From assembly GCA_035692885.1 (NCBI GenBank), contig DASSHM010000081.1, forward strand, positions 1 through 54,814: a DNA stretch of 54,814 bases, in the 5' to 3' direction. Below are positions 1 to 8,852 of this stretch, piece by piece. The notes under the pieces are model-generated. The model saw only the letters and a list, made by a program, of their open reading frames with translations. It had not been told where the DNA came from and made no database searches. Each line of letters begins with the position of its first letter. Positions within the stretch are counted from its first letter, which is position 1. The stretch comes from Terracidiphilus sp. (GTDB lineage: Bacteria; Acidobacteriota; Terriglobia; Terriglobales; Acidobacteriaceae). A program made the position numbers and the translations under genes.

Positions 1-14
1 CCAGCATTTTCAGT

Positions 15-43
15 TTGACCCAGCACCCGGGTGCCGATATACT
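15..43 (+). promoter_or_regulatory. sigma70-type promoter of the cys leader/operon
   Basis: TTGACC (15-20), 17-bp spacer, TATACT (38-43). The predicted start site (~50-51) coincides with the ATG at 51. Confidence 0.85.
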
Positions 44-50
44 CGCCTCT

Positions 51-119
51 ATGAGCTTGTGCCTCATTCCGGCCATGTGTTGTGCGTGTTGTTGCACGCC
101 GCGCCGGACTGTGGGGTAA
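51..119 (+). CDS. Cys-rich leader (attenuator) peptide MSLCLIPAMCCACCCTPRRTVG
   Basis: Hand-translated, ATG 51 to TAA 117-119. Six Cys codons, five of them clustered at 78-95. No SD (leaderless). Lies directly upstream of a terminator and cysD. Confidence 0.8.
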   Translation: MSLCLIPAMCCACCCTPRRTVG

Positions 120-158
120 GCCAGCCTTAAGCTAAATACGCATCCCATAGGCCCGCGC
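101..158 (+). promoter_or_regulatory. antiterminator hairpin of cys attenuator
   Basis: 101-116 (GCGCCGGACTGTGGGG) pairs with 143-158 (TCCCATAGGCCCGCGC) at 14/16 positions including G-U pairs. This sequesters the 5' arm of the terminator. Confidence 0.7.
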
Positions 159-193
159 TGCAGACTTTCTGCCGCTGCGGGTTTTTTATTTTT
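152..193 (+). terminator. intrinsic terminator (attenuator) upstream of cysD
   Basis: Stem CCCGCGCTGCAGA / TCTGCCGCTGCGGG (152-181, one mismatch, one bulge) followed by TTTTTTATTTTT (182-193). Confidence 0.85.
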
Positions 194-218
194 GCACTCA
201 AGCAATTGGAGAATCTGA

Positions 219-1187
219 ATGGCCCTGCTCGCCAATGCAGCCTCAACCATCACCCCGGAAGGCCCCGAAGCCGCCGCTCCGCTCTCGGCCAACCGGCTGA
301 ATCATATGCAGTTGCTCGAGGCGGAGAGCATTCATATCATGCGCGAGGTGGTGGCGGAGTTTCAAAAGCCGGTGATGCTCTACTCCATCGGCAAAGACTC
401 ATCGGTCATGCTGCGGCTGGCGCAGAAGGCATTCCATCCGGCCCCCATTCCGTTCCCGCTGCTTCATGTGGATACCGGGTACAAATTCCGCGAGATGCTT
501 GAGTTTCGCGATCGTTACACCGCGGAGCTGGGGCTCAAGCTGATCGTCTGGCGCAATGAAGAGGCGATTGCGCAGGGAGCCAATCCCATTCAATTGGGCA
601 CGCAACGCTGCTGCGGATTGCTGAAGACTCAGGCTCTGCTGGATGGCCTGCGCGCGCATGGCTTTGATGCCGCATTCGGCGGCGCGCGGCGCGACGAGGA
701 GAAGTCACGCGCCAAGGAGCGTATCTTTTCCTTCCGCGATGGCGCCGGGCAGTGGGACCCCAAGAACCAGCGGCCGGAGCTGTGGAACCTGTTCAACGGC
801 CGCATCGGTCCCGGCGAGAGCATCCGCGTCTTCCCGCTTTCCAATTGGACCGAGCTTGATATCTGGCACTACATCCACCTTGAGAAAATTCCCATCGTGC
901 CGCTCTATCTCGCCAAGGAGCGCCGCATGCTGGTTCGCGGAGACAGTCTTATCCCTCTTGAGCAGCCGTTTGTGAAGGGGCTTCCCGGCGAAGAGCAGTG
1001 GATCAGGTGCCGCCTGCGCTCGCTGGGTTGCAGTCCGTGCACCGGCGCCATCCGTTCCGACGCTGACACGGTGCCCAAAATCATCGCCGAGCTGGTTGAA
1101 ATGCGGAACTCCGAGCGCGCCAATCGCGTCATCGACCACGACCAGGACGGCTCGATGGAGCTGAAGAAGCGTGAGGGCTACTTTTGA
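219..1187 (+). CDS. cysD: sulfate adenylyltransferase subunit 2
   Basis: [23 protein letters not shown]-loop, [16 protein letters not shown]-terminal [17 protein letters not shown] at 208-211. Confidence 0.97.
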   Translation: MALLANAASTITPEGPEAAAPLSANRLNHMQLLEAESIHIMREVVAEFQKPVMLYSIGKDSSVMLRLAQKAFHPAPIPFPLLHVDTGYKFREMLEFRDRYTAELGLKLIVWRNEEAIAQGANPIQLGTQRCCGLLKTQALLDGLRAHGFDAAFGGARRDEEKSRAKERIFSFRDGAGQWDPKNQRPELWNLFNGRIGPGESIRVFPLSNWTELDIWHYIHLEKIPIVPLYLAKERRMLVRGDSLIPLEQPFVKGLPGEEQWIRCRLRSLGCSPCTGAIRSDADTVPKIIAELVEMRNSERANRVIDHDQDGSMELKKREGYF

Positions 1188-2851
1188 TGATCTCTGCAGA
1201 GGATGATGTTCTGACCACCCCCGGCGCGACCGGTGACTCAGCCGATGCGCAGATCGAGGCGCGGCTTGAGGCTGACCGCGCCAAGGACCTTCTGCGCTTC
1301 AGCACGGCGGGCAGCGTGGATGACGGCAAGTCAACCCTGATTGGCAGGCTTCTGTATGACTCGCGCAACGTGTACGACGATCATGTGCGCGCCGTCACCC
1401 ATAACGCGGCCATCGACTTCGCGCAGCTTACTGACGGGTTGCGTGCCGAGCGTGAGCAGGGAATCACCATCGATGTTGCCTATCGCTACTTCACCACCCC
1501 CCGGCGCAAGTTCATCATCGCGGACACGCCCGGGCACGAGCAGTACACGCGCAATATGGCCACGGGCGCCTCCACGGCCGATGTGGCCATCGTGCTGGTC
1601 GATGCCCGCAAGGGCATTCTTGACCAGACGCGCCGCCACGCCTGCATCGCGGCCCTGCTCGGCATTCCCATCGTGATTGCCGCCGTCAACAAGATGGACC
1701 TGCTGGACTTTTCGCAGGAGGTCTTTGACCGCCATCACCAGGCGCTGCGCGCGCTGGCCGCGCAGCTTGAGATTCCCGAGCTGATCGCGGTGCCGGTCAG
1801 CGCCCTTGATGGCGACAACGTGGTGCATCGCAGCAGTCGCACGCCGTGGTATGACGGCCCCAGCCTGCTTGAGCTGCTTGAGACCGTGCCGCTGGCGATT
1901 CAGCGTTCGCGGGTGGGCTTCCGCTTTCCCGTGCAGCGGGTGCTCCGCCCGCATCAGGACTTCCGCGGCTTTGCCGGGCAGATTACCGCGGGGGTGGTGC
2001 GCCCCGGCGACGAGGTGCTGGCGCTGCCATCCGGCCGTCGCACCCGTGTCCGCTCCATCGCCGCCTGGGAGGGCGAGCTGGATCGGGCCTTTGCGCCGCA
2101 ATCGGTGGTGCTCACGCTGGCCGACGAAACCGACGTGAGCCGGGGCGAGATGCTCGCTTCGATTGAGGAGCCGCCGCACAAGACGCGGCACTTTGACGCC
2201 ACCGTGGTGTGGATGCACGCAAAGCCGCTGCGGATGGGCTCAACCTACCTGCTCAAGCACACCAGCCAGACGGTGCGTGCCCGGGTCGTTGAGATCCGCT
2301 CCCGCATCAATGTCGAGCATCTTGAGCACAACCCCGCCGAACAGCTTGCGCTCAACGACATTGGCCAGGTCGTCATTGAAACCAGCCGCCCCATTCTGGC
2401 GGATCTCTACCGCGACAGCCGGGCCACCGGGAGCCTCATCCTCATTGACCCGGCCGACAACGCTACCGCCGGCGCGGGCATGATTCGCAGTATTGACGAT
2501 GCGGCCGAAGCGGAGTCGGAGATCAGCCGCACCACCCGCGGGGTGGTTGTGGTCGGCAATCGTGCCGGCCTCGCCGCCCAGCTTGAGCAGGCGCTACTGC
2601 AGGCTGGAGCGCTGGTGCTGCGCACCCGCGTTTCCTCGCCGGCCCCGCTGGCCGCAATTGCGCGGCTCGGCGCGGTGGTGCTGGTCGAGAGCGATGACCC
2701 GGACCCCATCACACTCACGTCGCCGCATCTTGCCGGTGCATCACCGCGCGAGCTCGCTTTTGATGACGCTGAGTCGATTCTCAACGAAATTCAGCGCCTC
2801 GGCGCGATCCCCCATGGAGAAGATGTCAATGACGATGGACTGGGTATCTGA
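1184..2851 (+). CDS. cysN: sulfate adenylyltransferase subunit 1 (GTPase) with degenerate C-terminal CysC-like remnant
   Basis: [38 protein letters not shown] and NKMD motifs. Overlaps the cysD stop. Confidence 0.95.
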   Translation: MMISAEDDVLTTPGATGDSADAQIEARLEADRAKDLLRFSTAGSVDDGKSTLIGRLLYDSRNVYDDHVRAVTHNAAIDFAQLTDGLRAEREQGITIDVAYRYFTTPRRKFIIADTPGHEQYTRNMATGASTADVAIVLVDARKGILDQTRRHACIAALLGIPIVIAAVNKMDLLDFSQEVFDRHHQALRALAAQLEIPELIAVPVSALDGDNVVHRSSRTPWYDGPSLLELLETVPLAIQRSRVGFRFPVQRVLRPHQDFRGFAGQITAGVVRPGDEVLALPSGRRTRVRSIAAWEGELDRAFAPQSVVLTLADETDVSRGEMLASIEEPPHKTRHFDATVVWMHAKPLRMGSTYLLKHTSQTVRARVVEIRSRINVEHLEHNPAEQLALNDIGQVVIETSRPILADLYRDSRATGSLILIDPADNATAGAGMIRSIDDAAEAESEISRTTRGVVVVGNRAGLAAQLEQALLQAGALVLRTRVSSPAPLAAIARLGAVVLVESDDPDPITLTSPHLAGASPRELAFDDAESILNEIQRLGAIPHGEDVNDDGLGI

Positions 2852-3515
2852 AGTCGAGCAGCGCGCGGCGGATGCGCGCGGGTTCCTGCGCCAGCGGCTG
2901 CACAATGCATCCAATGCGTGCGTCACCAGCAGTTTTCAGGCGGAGGACGTTGTGGTGCTGCACATGGTGCGCGAGCTGCTCCCCCGCGTTCCGGTCTTGT
3001 TTCTGGAAACCGGTTATCACTTTCCTGAGACGCTCGAGTATCGCGACAGAATTGCAGCCGAGTGGAATCTGAATCTTGTGAATGTGCTGCCCGAGCGAAC
3101 CGTAGCCGAGCAGGAGTCGGAGTTCGGCATCCTCTATCAAAGCGCGCCCGACCGCTGCTGCGGTCTGCGCAAGGTGGAGCCTCTTTTCCGGGCGCTTGGC
3201 TCCTACGGAATCTGGGTTACTGGTCTGCGGCGTCAGCAGTCCAAGTCGCGAGCCAATCTGCAGGCCGAGGAGCCATTCGCGCTTCCCTCCGGGCATACGC
3301 TCACGAAGCTCAGCCCGCTGGCGGAGTGGAGCACGCGCGACGTGTGGCATTACGCGCAGACGCGGGGCATTCCGCTGTTGCCTCTCTATGACCGCGGCTA
3401 CACAAGCATAGGCTGCGCGCCATGCACCACTCTTCCGTTTGATCCCGGCGACCCGCGTTCCGGCCGCTGGTCGGGCCGCAAGCTCGAGTGCGGCATTCAC
3501 ATTCAGGCCTCGTAG
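2829..3515 (+). CDS. cysH: APS/PAPS reductase, [4Fe-4S] APS-reductase type
   Basis: ETGYHFPET, CCGLRKVEP, SIGCAPCT, RSGRW, ECGIH. Start placed at 2829 after GGAG (2823 and 2835 also possible). The longer ORF from 2493 overlaps cysN. Confidence 0.92.
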   Translation: MTMDWVSEVEQRAADARGFLRQRLHNASNACVTSSFQAEDVVVLHMVRELLPRVPVLFLETGYHFPETLEYRDRIAAEWNLNLVNVLPERTVAEQESEFGILYQSAPDRCCGLRKVEPLFRALGSYGIWVTGLRRQQSKSRANLQAEEPFALPSGHTLTKLSPLAEWSTRDVWHYAQTRGIPLLPLYDRGYTSIGCAPCTTLPFDPGDPRSGRWSGRKLECGIHIQAS

Positions 3516-3529
3516 GGCTGGAGCACGTT

Positions 3530-4294
3530 GTGGAACTCTTGTTGGGCTTTCTGATTGCCGCGCTGATTGCGATGACCGGCGTGGGCGCGGGCACCGTTAC
3601 CGCACCGCTGCTCATCCTGTTCATGAACATGCCGGTGTCGATTGCGGTGGGAACGGCGCTCGCGTATTCGGCGGCGGTCAAGCTCGTGGTTGTGCCGGTG
3701 CAGATTGCGCGCCGCAACGTGGTGTGGCGGACGGCCGGCGTCATGATGCTCACCGGCATTCCCGGTGTCGTGCTGGGAACCATCTTCTTCCGTCATGTTG
3801 CCCGTCGGCCCGGCAGCTCCATCTGGCTCTATCTGGCGCTCGGCGGCATGATCGCCCTCTCCTCCGCCTGGCATGTTTACCGCCACTTCCGCCCCGCCCG
3901 GGAAGGACGCCAGCGCTCGTACCGCCCCGGATGGCTGGCCGCCGCCATGTTCCCCGTGGGCGCCGAGGTTGGTTTCTCATCCTCCGGCGCAGGCGCGCTG
4001 GGCACGCTCGCGCTGCTCGGCCTCACGCGGCTTGATCCGCAGCAGATTGTCGGCACCGACCTCGCCTTCGGACTGTGCCTTTCACTTATCGGCGGCGGAA
4101 TGCACCTCAGTTTCGGCGGACTCGATCCCGCTGTGCTTACACGCCTCATCATCGGCGGGGTCTTCGGCGCCATTGCCGGAACCTCGCTTGCCCCACGGGT
4201 GCCGGCCAAGGTTATGCGTCTGGCACTTTCGCTCTGGCTGCTTGCCATCGGCGTGCAACTCTGCTGGCAGGCCCTGGCCCAGGCTCATCTCTAG
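3530..4294 (+). CDS. TauE/SafE (TSUP) family sulfur-anion permease
   Basis: Multi-TM protein with MTGVGAG..TAP and S.GAGALG repeat motifs and IVGTDL. GTG start after GGAG; follows cysH. Confidence 0.85.
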   Translation: MELLLGFLIAALIAMTGVGAGTVTAPLLILFMNMPVSIAVGTALAYSAAVKLVVVPVQIARRNVVWRTAGVMMLTGIPGVVLGTIFFRHVARRPGSSIWLYLALGGMIALSSAWHVYRHFRPAREGRQRSYRPGWLAAAMFPVGAEVGFSSSGAGALGTLALLGLTRLDPQQIVGTDLAFGLCLSLIGGGMHLSFGGLDPAVLTRLIIGGVFGAIAGTSLAPRVPAKVMRLALSLWLLAIGVQLCWQALAQAHL

Positions 4295-4414
4295 GCTGCT
4301 GACCGCACGCCTGCGCCATTGCAGCCGGCGTGCTCCTTGCCATGTGTGCGCCACGCTGGCGATACTGCCCTTGGGCTGTCTTCATCCATCCTTTGTCTCC
4401 AGTGAGAGTTTGCC

Positions 4415-5221
4415 TTGGAACGTGAGCTTTACACCGCGCGTCTTGTGCATAAGCGATGCCTCTCCCAGCCGGCGCAGACCTTCCACTTTGAGTTCGTCGT
4501 CGAGGGCGTGGAAAGCTTTCCGTTCATCGCGGGCCAGTTTCTTTCCACCGTGGCGCTGGATGCCGCAGGCAGGGAGCAGGTCCGCGCCTATTCCATTGCG
4601 TCAGCGCCGGACGGCAATCGTTTTGATCTTTGCCTGAATCGGGTCGAGGGCGGCTTCTTTTCCAACCTGCTCGTCGAACTTCCCGACCTGCCTGTCGGCG
4701 GGATGGTCAGGTTTTATGGCCCGAACGGATTTTTTACCCTGCGCCAGCCCATCACCGACTCCCTCCTCGTCGCCACAGGCACCGGTATCGCGCCCTTGCG
4801 GGGTTTTCTGCAATGGCTGTTTCCGAAGGGAGGGCCTGACCGCAGCGAAGGCAGGGACATCTGGCTTGTCTATGGCACCCGGCACGAGAGCGAGTTGTAC
4901 TATCTCGACGAGTTTGAGGCTCTCGCTGTGCACCATCCGAACTTTCACTACCTGGCGTCGCTCAGCCGCGGGCTGGAAAGCTGGCAGGGTCTGCGCGGAT
5001 ACGTGCAGGAGCATGTGGTGCGCATTGTGCATGAGCGCGCGCGCCGTCTGGGGCAATCTCTGCCTCTGCGCCCTCCCGGCCCCACCGTCCCCGCCGCGGA
5101 GCTCCGTTCTGACCTGAATGCCTACGTCTGCGGCCTCAATCACATGATCATCGCCGTGCGCGACGAATTAAAAGCGCTCGGCCTCCACCGCAAACAGATC
5201 ATCACGGAACGCTACGATTAA
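4415..5221 (+). CDS. FAD/NAD(P)-binding oxidoreductase, ferredoxin-NADP reductase family
   Basis: RAYSIAS (FAD), GGFFS, ATGTGIAP (NAD(P)), YVCG, and terminal ERYD. Confidence 0.88.
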   Translation: MERELYTARLVHKRCLSQPAQTFHFEFVVEGVESFPFIAGQFLSTVALDAAGREQVRAYSIASAPDGNRFDLCLNRVEGGFFSNLLVELPDLPVGGMVRFYGPNGFFTLRQPITDSLLVATGTGIAPLRGFLQWLFPKGGPDRSEGRDIWLVYGTRHESELYYLDEFEALAVHHPNFHYLASLSRGLESWQGLRGYVQEHVVRIVHERARRLGQSLPLRPPGPTVPAAELRSDLNAYVCGLNHMIIAVRDELKALGLHRKQIITERYD

Positions 5222-5289
5222 GCGGCGCGTGCAGGTTGTAGCGTTTGAGGCGGTGCAATGAGCCGGTGTAAGTGCGGCAGGATGCGAGG

Positions 5290-6114
5290 CTAGAGATTAA
5301 ACAGCTCGCGCAGGCGTCGCGTCTGCGCGCGGCTCACGGGAATCTCGGTCTGCCGCTTGTCGTTCATGCGCAGTTGGTAGCTTGACTTGAACCACGGCAC
5401 CACTTCGCGGATGTGGTTGATGTTGACCACGAAGCCGCGGTGCGCGCGCCAGAACAGCGCGGGGTCAAGCATGTCCAGCAGCTCCTCCAGCGTACGGCAC
5501 TTGGAATGTCCCTCAAAGTGCTGGGTCACCACGCGAATCACGCCCTCGTCGATGGCCGCGTAACAGATGTCGGTCTGATCCACCAGCAGCAGCCGGCTCT
5601 GCGCCTGCACAATCAGCCGGGTCGGCTGCGCGGCTCGCGAAGAGCTCCGGTTGCGGTTCAGCAGTTGCAGCAGCGCATCAATCTGCGTAGTTTGTTCCGA
5701 GCCCTGTCCGGCGGGGCTGCCCGCCATGCGCCCGCGCACCCGGTCCAGGGCCTGTTGCACGCGCGTGCTGTCAAAGGGCTTCAGCAGATAATCCACCGCG
5801 TTTACGTCAAAGGCGCGCACCGCATACTGGTCATATGCCGTGGCAAAGATAATCTGCGGCAGCCGCGCGCTCTCCTTGTGCGACGATCTGCCGTGGCGGT
5901 CCACCAGCCGCTGAATCACGGCAAAGCCGTCCAGCCCGGGCATCTGTACATCCAGGAACACCACATCCGGATGGTGCTCTTCAATCAGGTTCACGGCGTC
6001 GATGCCGTTTGCCCCCTGCGCAATAACGTCAACCCCGCCCATCTGGTCGAGCAGGTACGTCAGCTCGTCGCGGGCCAGTTTTTCGTCGTCGATAATCAGC
6101 GCGGAGATGGACAT
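5290..6114 (-). CDS. LytTR-family response regulator (REC + LytTR)
   Basis: IIDDE, FLDVQMPGLDG, FATAYDQYA, DYLLKPF; C-terminal FWRAHRGFVVN...IPVSR. No cognate kinase adjacent. Confidence 0.93.
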   Translation of the reverse strand: MSISALIIDDEKLARDELTYLLDQMGGVDVIAQGANGIDAVNLIEEHHPDVVFLDVQMPGLDGFAVIQRLVDRHGRSSHKESARLPQIIFATAYDQYAVRAFDVNAVDYLLKPFDSTRVQQALDRVRGRMAGSPAGQGSEQTTQIDALLQLLNRNRSSSRAAQPTRLIVQAQSRLLLVDQTDICYAAIDEGVIRVVTQHFEGHSKCRTLEELLDMLDPALFWRAHRGFVVNINHIREVVPWFKSSYQLRMNDKRQTEIPVSRAQTRRLRELFNL

Positions 6115-6207
6115 GCGGGCTCGAAGCTTGATTGTAGGAAGCCTGCCTCGCCGGGTCAATCATGCGCGCTCAATCACAAGCGCGCGCGGCCGGTCCGGCA
6201 CGCGCGC

Positions 6208-6738
6208 CTACCCGCCGATGACCCGCAGGCGCGCCGGCATGTCCTCCGCCAGTTCGTGGCCGCAGCGGGTACAGAACTGGTCAGTCGCGCGCACGGTACG
6301 ATAGCACTTGCCGCAGCTCGCCGTTAACTGGTAGTTGCATTGCGGGCAAAAATGAAAGTCGCCCTGCACGTGAGTGGAGCAGGCGGGGCACCGCGAGACC
6401 AGAGGCGCGCGCAGCAGAAAGTAGAGAACCGCCCCAATGCCGCCCGGCATCACAAAACAGATCAGGATCCAGAACCGCGAACTCATGTTCCGCCGGGGCG
6501 CGTCCCGGCTGATGTATCCGATCATCAGAAAATAGAGCGCGGCAAGCAGTCCCCACGAGAGGTTGAAGTAAATCCTCAGTCCCAGCGGCGGGCGATGGTG
6601 GGGGTCCGGCAAAACCAGCCAGAAATAGTACTCGACCAGGACAAAAGCAGCCGCCGCGGCCAGAATCGACCATGCAGGAATCAGCCGCGCGTCTTCGTTG
6701 ATGGAGATGGATTGAGGGTCCTTCATACCGGATGCCAA
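6208..6738 (-). CDS. membrane protein with C-terminal double zinc ribbon
   Basis: Three hydrophobic helices, then CPAC..CPQC..CGKC..CTRC. Start 6738 (TTG) or 6726 (ATG). Confidence 0.8.
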   Translation of the reverse strand: MASGMKDPQSISINEDARLIPAWSILAAAAAFVLVEYYFWLVLPDPHHRPPLGLRIYFNLSWGLLAALYFLMIGYISRDAPRRNMSSRFWILICFVMPGGIGAVLYFLLRAPLVSRCPACSTHVQGDFHFCPQCNYQLTASCGKCYRTVRATDQFCTRCGHELAEDMPARLRVIGG

Positions 6739-6789
6739 CTTAATATCAAACTTTCAGCGGTTAAGCCAGACTTAACCTCTCTTCAGGTG

Positions 6790-6815
6790 GACGCACCAGA
6801 CTTGCGCAGAGTTGC
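6790..6815 (-). promoter_or_regulatory. candidate ECF-sigma promoter of the zinc-ribbon gene
   Basis: Minus strand reads GCAAC-N17-CGTC, matching the generic ECF AAC/CGT pattern. Confidence 0.45.
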
Positions 6816-6881
6816 GTACCGCCCTGCTCCACAGCTCGAGGATTGGCACTTTGGGATCTTTATGTGCCGGCACTTTGGGGT

Positions 6882-7268
6882 CTAGGATCGCCGGTGCAGC
6901 CATCCGGCCAGCAGGGCCGAACCCAGCAGAGCCGCACCAATAAAAATAATTAAGGCACTGAATTCACAGTAGATATCGCTCAACCTGCCATTGGCGATAA
7001 ACCGGTCAACCGTCCACCATGCCAACGGGCCAAGCACAAAAATCAGCACCAGGATGGCGGCCAATGCGAGCGACCGGTTTCGCCTCTGTCCCGCCTTCTG
7101 GTCCTTCATAACGCCCAGGGAGGCCATCACCACCCGCCGGGTGCGCTGAGCCGACACGCGTTCCCGTTCACCTTCGATTCCGGCAAGCGTTTTCACCAGA
7201 TCGCGATCGTCGCCTCTGCCGCCGTTCGCATCCGGGACCGCATCGTTCGCTGGTCCCGCGTTTGTCAC
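6882..7268 (-). CDS. two-TM membrane protein, candidate anti-sigma factor
   Basis: 4-bp overlap with the upstream ECF sigma gene. Cytoplasmic N-terminus followed by two hydrophobic helices. Confidence 0.65.
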   Translation of the reverse strand: MTNAGPANDAVPDANGGRGDDRDLVKTLAGIEGERERVSAQRTRRVVMASLGVMKDQKAGQRRNRSLALAAILVLIFVLGPLAWWTVDRFIANGRLSDIYCEFSALIIFIGAALLGSALLAGWLHRRS

Positions 7269-7921
7269 ACTGCCTCCCGGCGGTGCCCCCGCGCCTTTTC
7301 AATGCGCGGCCGGATGGCGGCGAGACCACGATAAAGTCTTGATTTTACGGTTGAAAGAGGTGCCCTGGTCACCTTCGCGATCTCCTCCAGCGTCAGTTCC
7401 TCGTGAAAGCGAAGTACGAGGACCTCGCGGTACAGCGTGTCCAGTTGCAGCAGAGCCATGGCAACCAGACTCCGATCCTCCCCATGAGTCAGCAGATCCA
7501 GCGGTGACGGTTCCTTGTCTGCCACCTCATAGGTCAACGGGCGGTCGTCGTCCTGCCCGGTTTCGATCATCTCGTCCAGGCTCGACATGGTCTTCTTCCG
7601 GCGCTGGTCAATTACCAGATTCCGCGCAATCGCGAACAGCCAGGTTTCAAACCGGGCCCTGCCGTTGAACTGAGCCCCGCGCACCATCACCCGCATCCAC
7701 ACTTCCTGAAACAGGTCTTCGGCGAGTTCCTGATTCCCCGTCAGATAAAGAAGGTAGCGCATCAGGCGGTGCTGGTAGCGAAGAATCAGCAGATCCAGCA
7801 GCCCCGCCTCCTGTCGCTTCAGCCCCTCGCTGATGGCAAGGGACTCCTGACGCACCTGTTCATCGGCAACGACGGCGGAACTGGATGTAAAAATAGAGCG
7901 GATTACAGCGGTGGCACTCAT
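7265..7921 (-). CDS. ECF sigma-70 factor
   Basis: Region 2 AEDLFQEVW...FETWLFAIARNLVID; region 4 LTLEEIA...STVKSRLYRG. Confidence 0.93.
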   Translation of the reverse strand: MSATAVIRSIFTSSSAVVADEQVRQESLAISEGLKRQEAGLLDLLILRYQHRLMRYLLYLTGNQELAEDLFQEVWMRVMVRGAQFNGRARFETWLFAIARNLVIDQRRKKTMSSLDEMIETGQDDDRPLTYEVADKEPSPLDLLTHGEDRSLVAMALLQLDTLYREVLVLRFHEELTLEEIAKVTRAPLSTVKSRLYRGLAAIRPRIEKARGHRREAV

Positions 7922-8062
7922 CTCGTTCAATTAGACGACAAACCAGGGCTCCAAGCCGCTCAAAGTGCTCGAAAAGATTGAAATAATTTCACTATTGAAC
8001 AGAATGGTCTGTGCGGTTAACGCCGGGCTTACTTCACCGTCGCGGTTCGTCGCACATAGGTC

Positions 8063-8758
8063 CTATTCGCTTCGGGATTTATTCCGGATCTGCCGTTGCG
8101 CCACGCGGAGGGCTTCTTCCATGGCCAGTAAGGCTCGACGCTCCCGGGCGTCGGCAGTCTGGTAGTAAAAGATTCCCAGCAGGTGGTTGCGCCTCTGAGT
8201 TCGTGTCATGGCGAGCCATCCTGTGCGGGCCAGCGGCTGACGCTGAAAGGCTGCCCGCAGGATTGGCGGCGGCTCCAGCTCACCCTCCATCGCCAGCATC
8301 AGCCTCTCTGCCAGGCGCTCGGCGCGCGTGCGGCGGGTGGCTGCGCCCCTGGGCTCCGTTACCCAGTTGGCCAGACCCTTGCGCATGGATGGGCTCAGCG
8401 CGCCAAACCAGTTCCGCACCCTACGGTCTTCCTTCAGCACCGCCTCCAGCTCCTCCGGCATCTCAAAGGATCGCTCTTCCAGGTCGGGCTCCAGTTGAAT
8501 CTTCACGCGATCGCCCGGCCGGACCATTGCCCCAGCCTGCATTTTCTTGTTCACGAGCAGGGTGTGCCCAACGCCACCGGAACCCGGAAACAGGGAAGTG
8601 CGAAATTCAAACCCGTTCAGCCTGCCGCGGACGCGGCGGTTGCGCCAGCCTGGCCACGCTTTCTTCAGGTCGGCGGGGACGCGCGCGATTACCCAGTTCA
8701 ACGAGGTGCCCGTCCGCTCCAGCGGGGCCCAAAAGGATTTTGGCTTGAAATCATTCAT
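8063..8758 (-). CDS. YdeI/OmpD-associated family protein (DUF1905-like N-terminus plus two OmdA-like repeats)
   Basis: RVRGRLNGFEFRTSLFP, then two P..L..A....A...L(S/T)...R....I..A..R.RR-type repeats. Confidence 0.75.
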   Translation of the reverse strand: MNDFKPKSFWAPLERTGTSLNWVIARVPADLKKAWPGWRNRRVRGRLNGFEFRTSLFPGSGGVGHTLLVNKKMQAGAMVRPGDRVKIQLEPDLEERSFEMPEELEAVLKEDRRVRNWFGALSPSMRKGLANWVTEPRGAATRRTRAERLAERLMLAMEGELEPPPILRAAFQRQPLARTGWLAMTRTQRRNHLLGIFYYQTADARERRALLAMEEALRVAQRQIRNKSRSE

Positions 8759-8852
8759 TCGCGTCCACCCGGCCTCCGCATGAAGCCGGGACAGTCAGGA
8801 TTCTACTCCCCTGCAACCGGAGCAAGTCTCTTCATCTTCTACACTATCCCTC

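Noticed and set aside
2493-2828. Long N-terminal extension of cysH overlapping cysN
   Set aside because: The translation is low-complexity and non-homologous, and an SD-preceded ATG exists at 2829.
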